NCBI GenBank assembly: GCA_043228905.1
Contig: JBHGNT010000006.1
Location: forward strand, 15,872,001 to 15,936,000
Source of the DNA: Azolla caroliniana
Lineage: Eukaryota; Plantae; Polypodiophyta
DNA length: 64,000 nucleotides
Direction: 5' to 3'
Below, in pieces: positions 62,801-64,000 of the stretch. Below the pieces are notes generated by a model. The model had not been told where the DNA came from and made no database searches. It was given only the letters and a program-made list of their open reading frames with translations. The translations under genes and the position numbers were made by a program. How positions within the stretch are numbered: the first letter of the stretch is position 1; the number at the start of each line of letters is the position of its first letter.

Positions 62801-63344
62801 AGGTGTGCCAAGGAATTCCCAAATTGCAATCTCTCCATGTTGTTCAGGGTTAGTCTAGGCTAGATGGTCATTGTATTGCGGTTAGAGAATTAACTTGTTT
62901 TTGCTTCCATTGTGTGTAGGGAAATTGGAGGTATTGTTTAAACAAAGCATAAATTCAGAATTGGGAGTGCCATACATTGAATGAAAAGGACCGCGCAGAT
63001 GGAGAAACAGAAATTAATGATGACTTCACATATCAGGGCCGTGGAGATAGTCTGAGTGATGTCATAAACGTTGAGGATAATTTCGCTGTAAATGCAGAAG
63101 AAGACAATTCAAAAGGTGTTAATTTCTATATATTGAAGTGCACGGTTTGTAAACAATGTTCAACGTAGAGTATTTTGGATGCTTGGGGACATTCTACATT
63201 GAAGGTATTTTTTATGCAAGACTAGATGATTACGATTATTTGTATAGGCTTTTAGAAGACAAACCAGTAGCGTACATGTACTCTCATTTGGTCAGGTGCA
63301 TCAACGTCCTGATGTTGCAATACAATGGCTGCTCAAATTTATAA
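59819..63344 (+). pseudogene. Spliced Sola2-like DNA transposase (exons ~59819-60162 and 61619-~63344)
   Basis: SRVSPNKKD, T*CCIYH, VDFVENY, EIQSLHW, SNDKKHD, WSDGAPSQF and WNFFGSGHGKGDHDG motifs. Phase-0 GT-AG intron at 60163-61618. Confidence 0.72.
60205..61570. repeat. Satellite built on the palindrome TAGCTAATTAGCTA with spacers (ccacaa; tctcagaatatgacca)
   Basis: Dozens of copies. The same motif also occurs at ~59670-59750 and ~33968. Confidence 0.92.
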
Positions 63345-64000
63345 CATTATGCCATGGGATTTGTAGCTACAAGGAGTTCATACCAATTTTCTTGTAAAGT
63401 GGACAAAGTAGTTGTATTGCAAAAAAACAGTTTAATAGAGTCTTTTGGGAGTCTTTCTCTGTTCTTGTTTCTTAATAAAACTGTGTCTGTTAAATGTGTA
63501 TTGATTACTATTAGTTTTACTTATTGCAACTTTTAGTTTTAGTGTCTGTTCAATGTGCATAATGGCAATGATTTTTTTAATCTCAAGTGAACCATATGCA
63601 CAAGTTCAAACAGTTTGCCATTCTGAGAACAACCATCAGCATGAAATAAAAAATCAATGACCTATTTAAAAATTACACAGTAGATAATTTACTCAAAACA
63701 AGCGATTTAATTCTTCTATTATTAATTTATCATCAAATTACATATTTATAATACACCATTGGCAATGTCTACAAAGCGCCTATAAATAGCTAAGCTCTTG
63801 CTGGTCAGTGGAACTTCTCTACATATGTGATCCACATACCGAGCTCGGTATGGTGCCCACAACCATGCAGTTAGTTGGCAGCTCAATGCTTTCATTAAGT
63901 ATTTATCAAGCATTTCGTCGGCTACAATGAGATAGCATCTGCAAAGGTTGTAATAATGCCAAAAATGTTTTGTATCCACAATCAACATATTGTTGGCATT

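Noticed and set aside
63746-63988. 80-aa minus-strand ORF as a host exon
   Set aside because: No recognisable motif and it lies at the window edge. It may be a second gene of the DNA transposon but cannot be assigned.

Overview
Repeat-only region of a land-plant nuclear genome, most likely a non-seed plant such as a fern or lycophyte (inferred from self-primed Tcn1-type chromoviruses, a Penelope-like RT, a Sola2-like transposase and (GA)n richness). No intact host gene is evident. The window resolves into two nests of transposons whose LTR ends and target-site duplications (TSDs) were read by hand. Nest 1: chromovirus F > Copia D (6256-31034) > [chromovirus E > solo LTR] and [Gypsy A (12813-30671) > Gypsy B (14029-23918)]. 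Nest 2: Sola2-like DNA transposon > Penelope-like element > Copia G (37633-58582) > Gypsy C (41587-56638) > Copia H (50630-56035). The main novelty is in the three related non-chromovirus Gypsy families A, B and C. None has a polypurine tract (PPT) next to the 3' LTR. Each instead carries a conserved, hairpin-interrupted copy of a tRNA 3' end (GGTTCGA-hairpin-TCCCACGGGCGTGCCA) exactly 2 nt from the LTR. This is a second, outward-facing primer-binding site (PBS) and suggests tRNA-primed or tRNA-mimic-primed plus-strand synthesis. The same families carry a ~970-aa extra coiled-coil ORF. All divergence figures are approximate hand counts, and family assignments come from recalled motifs, not database searches.
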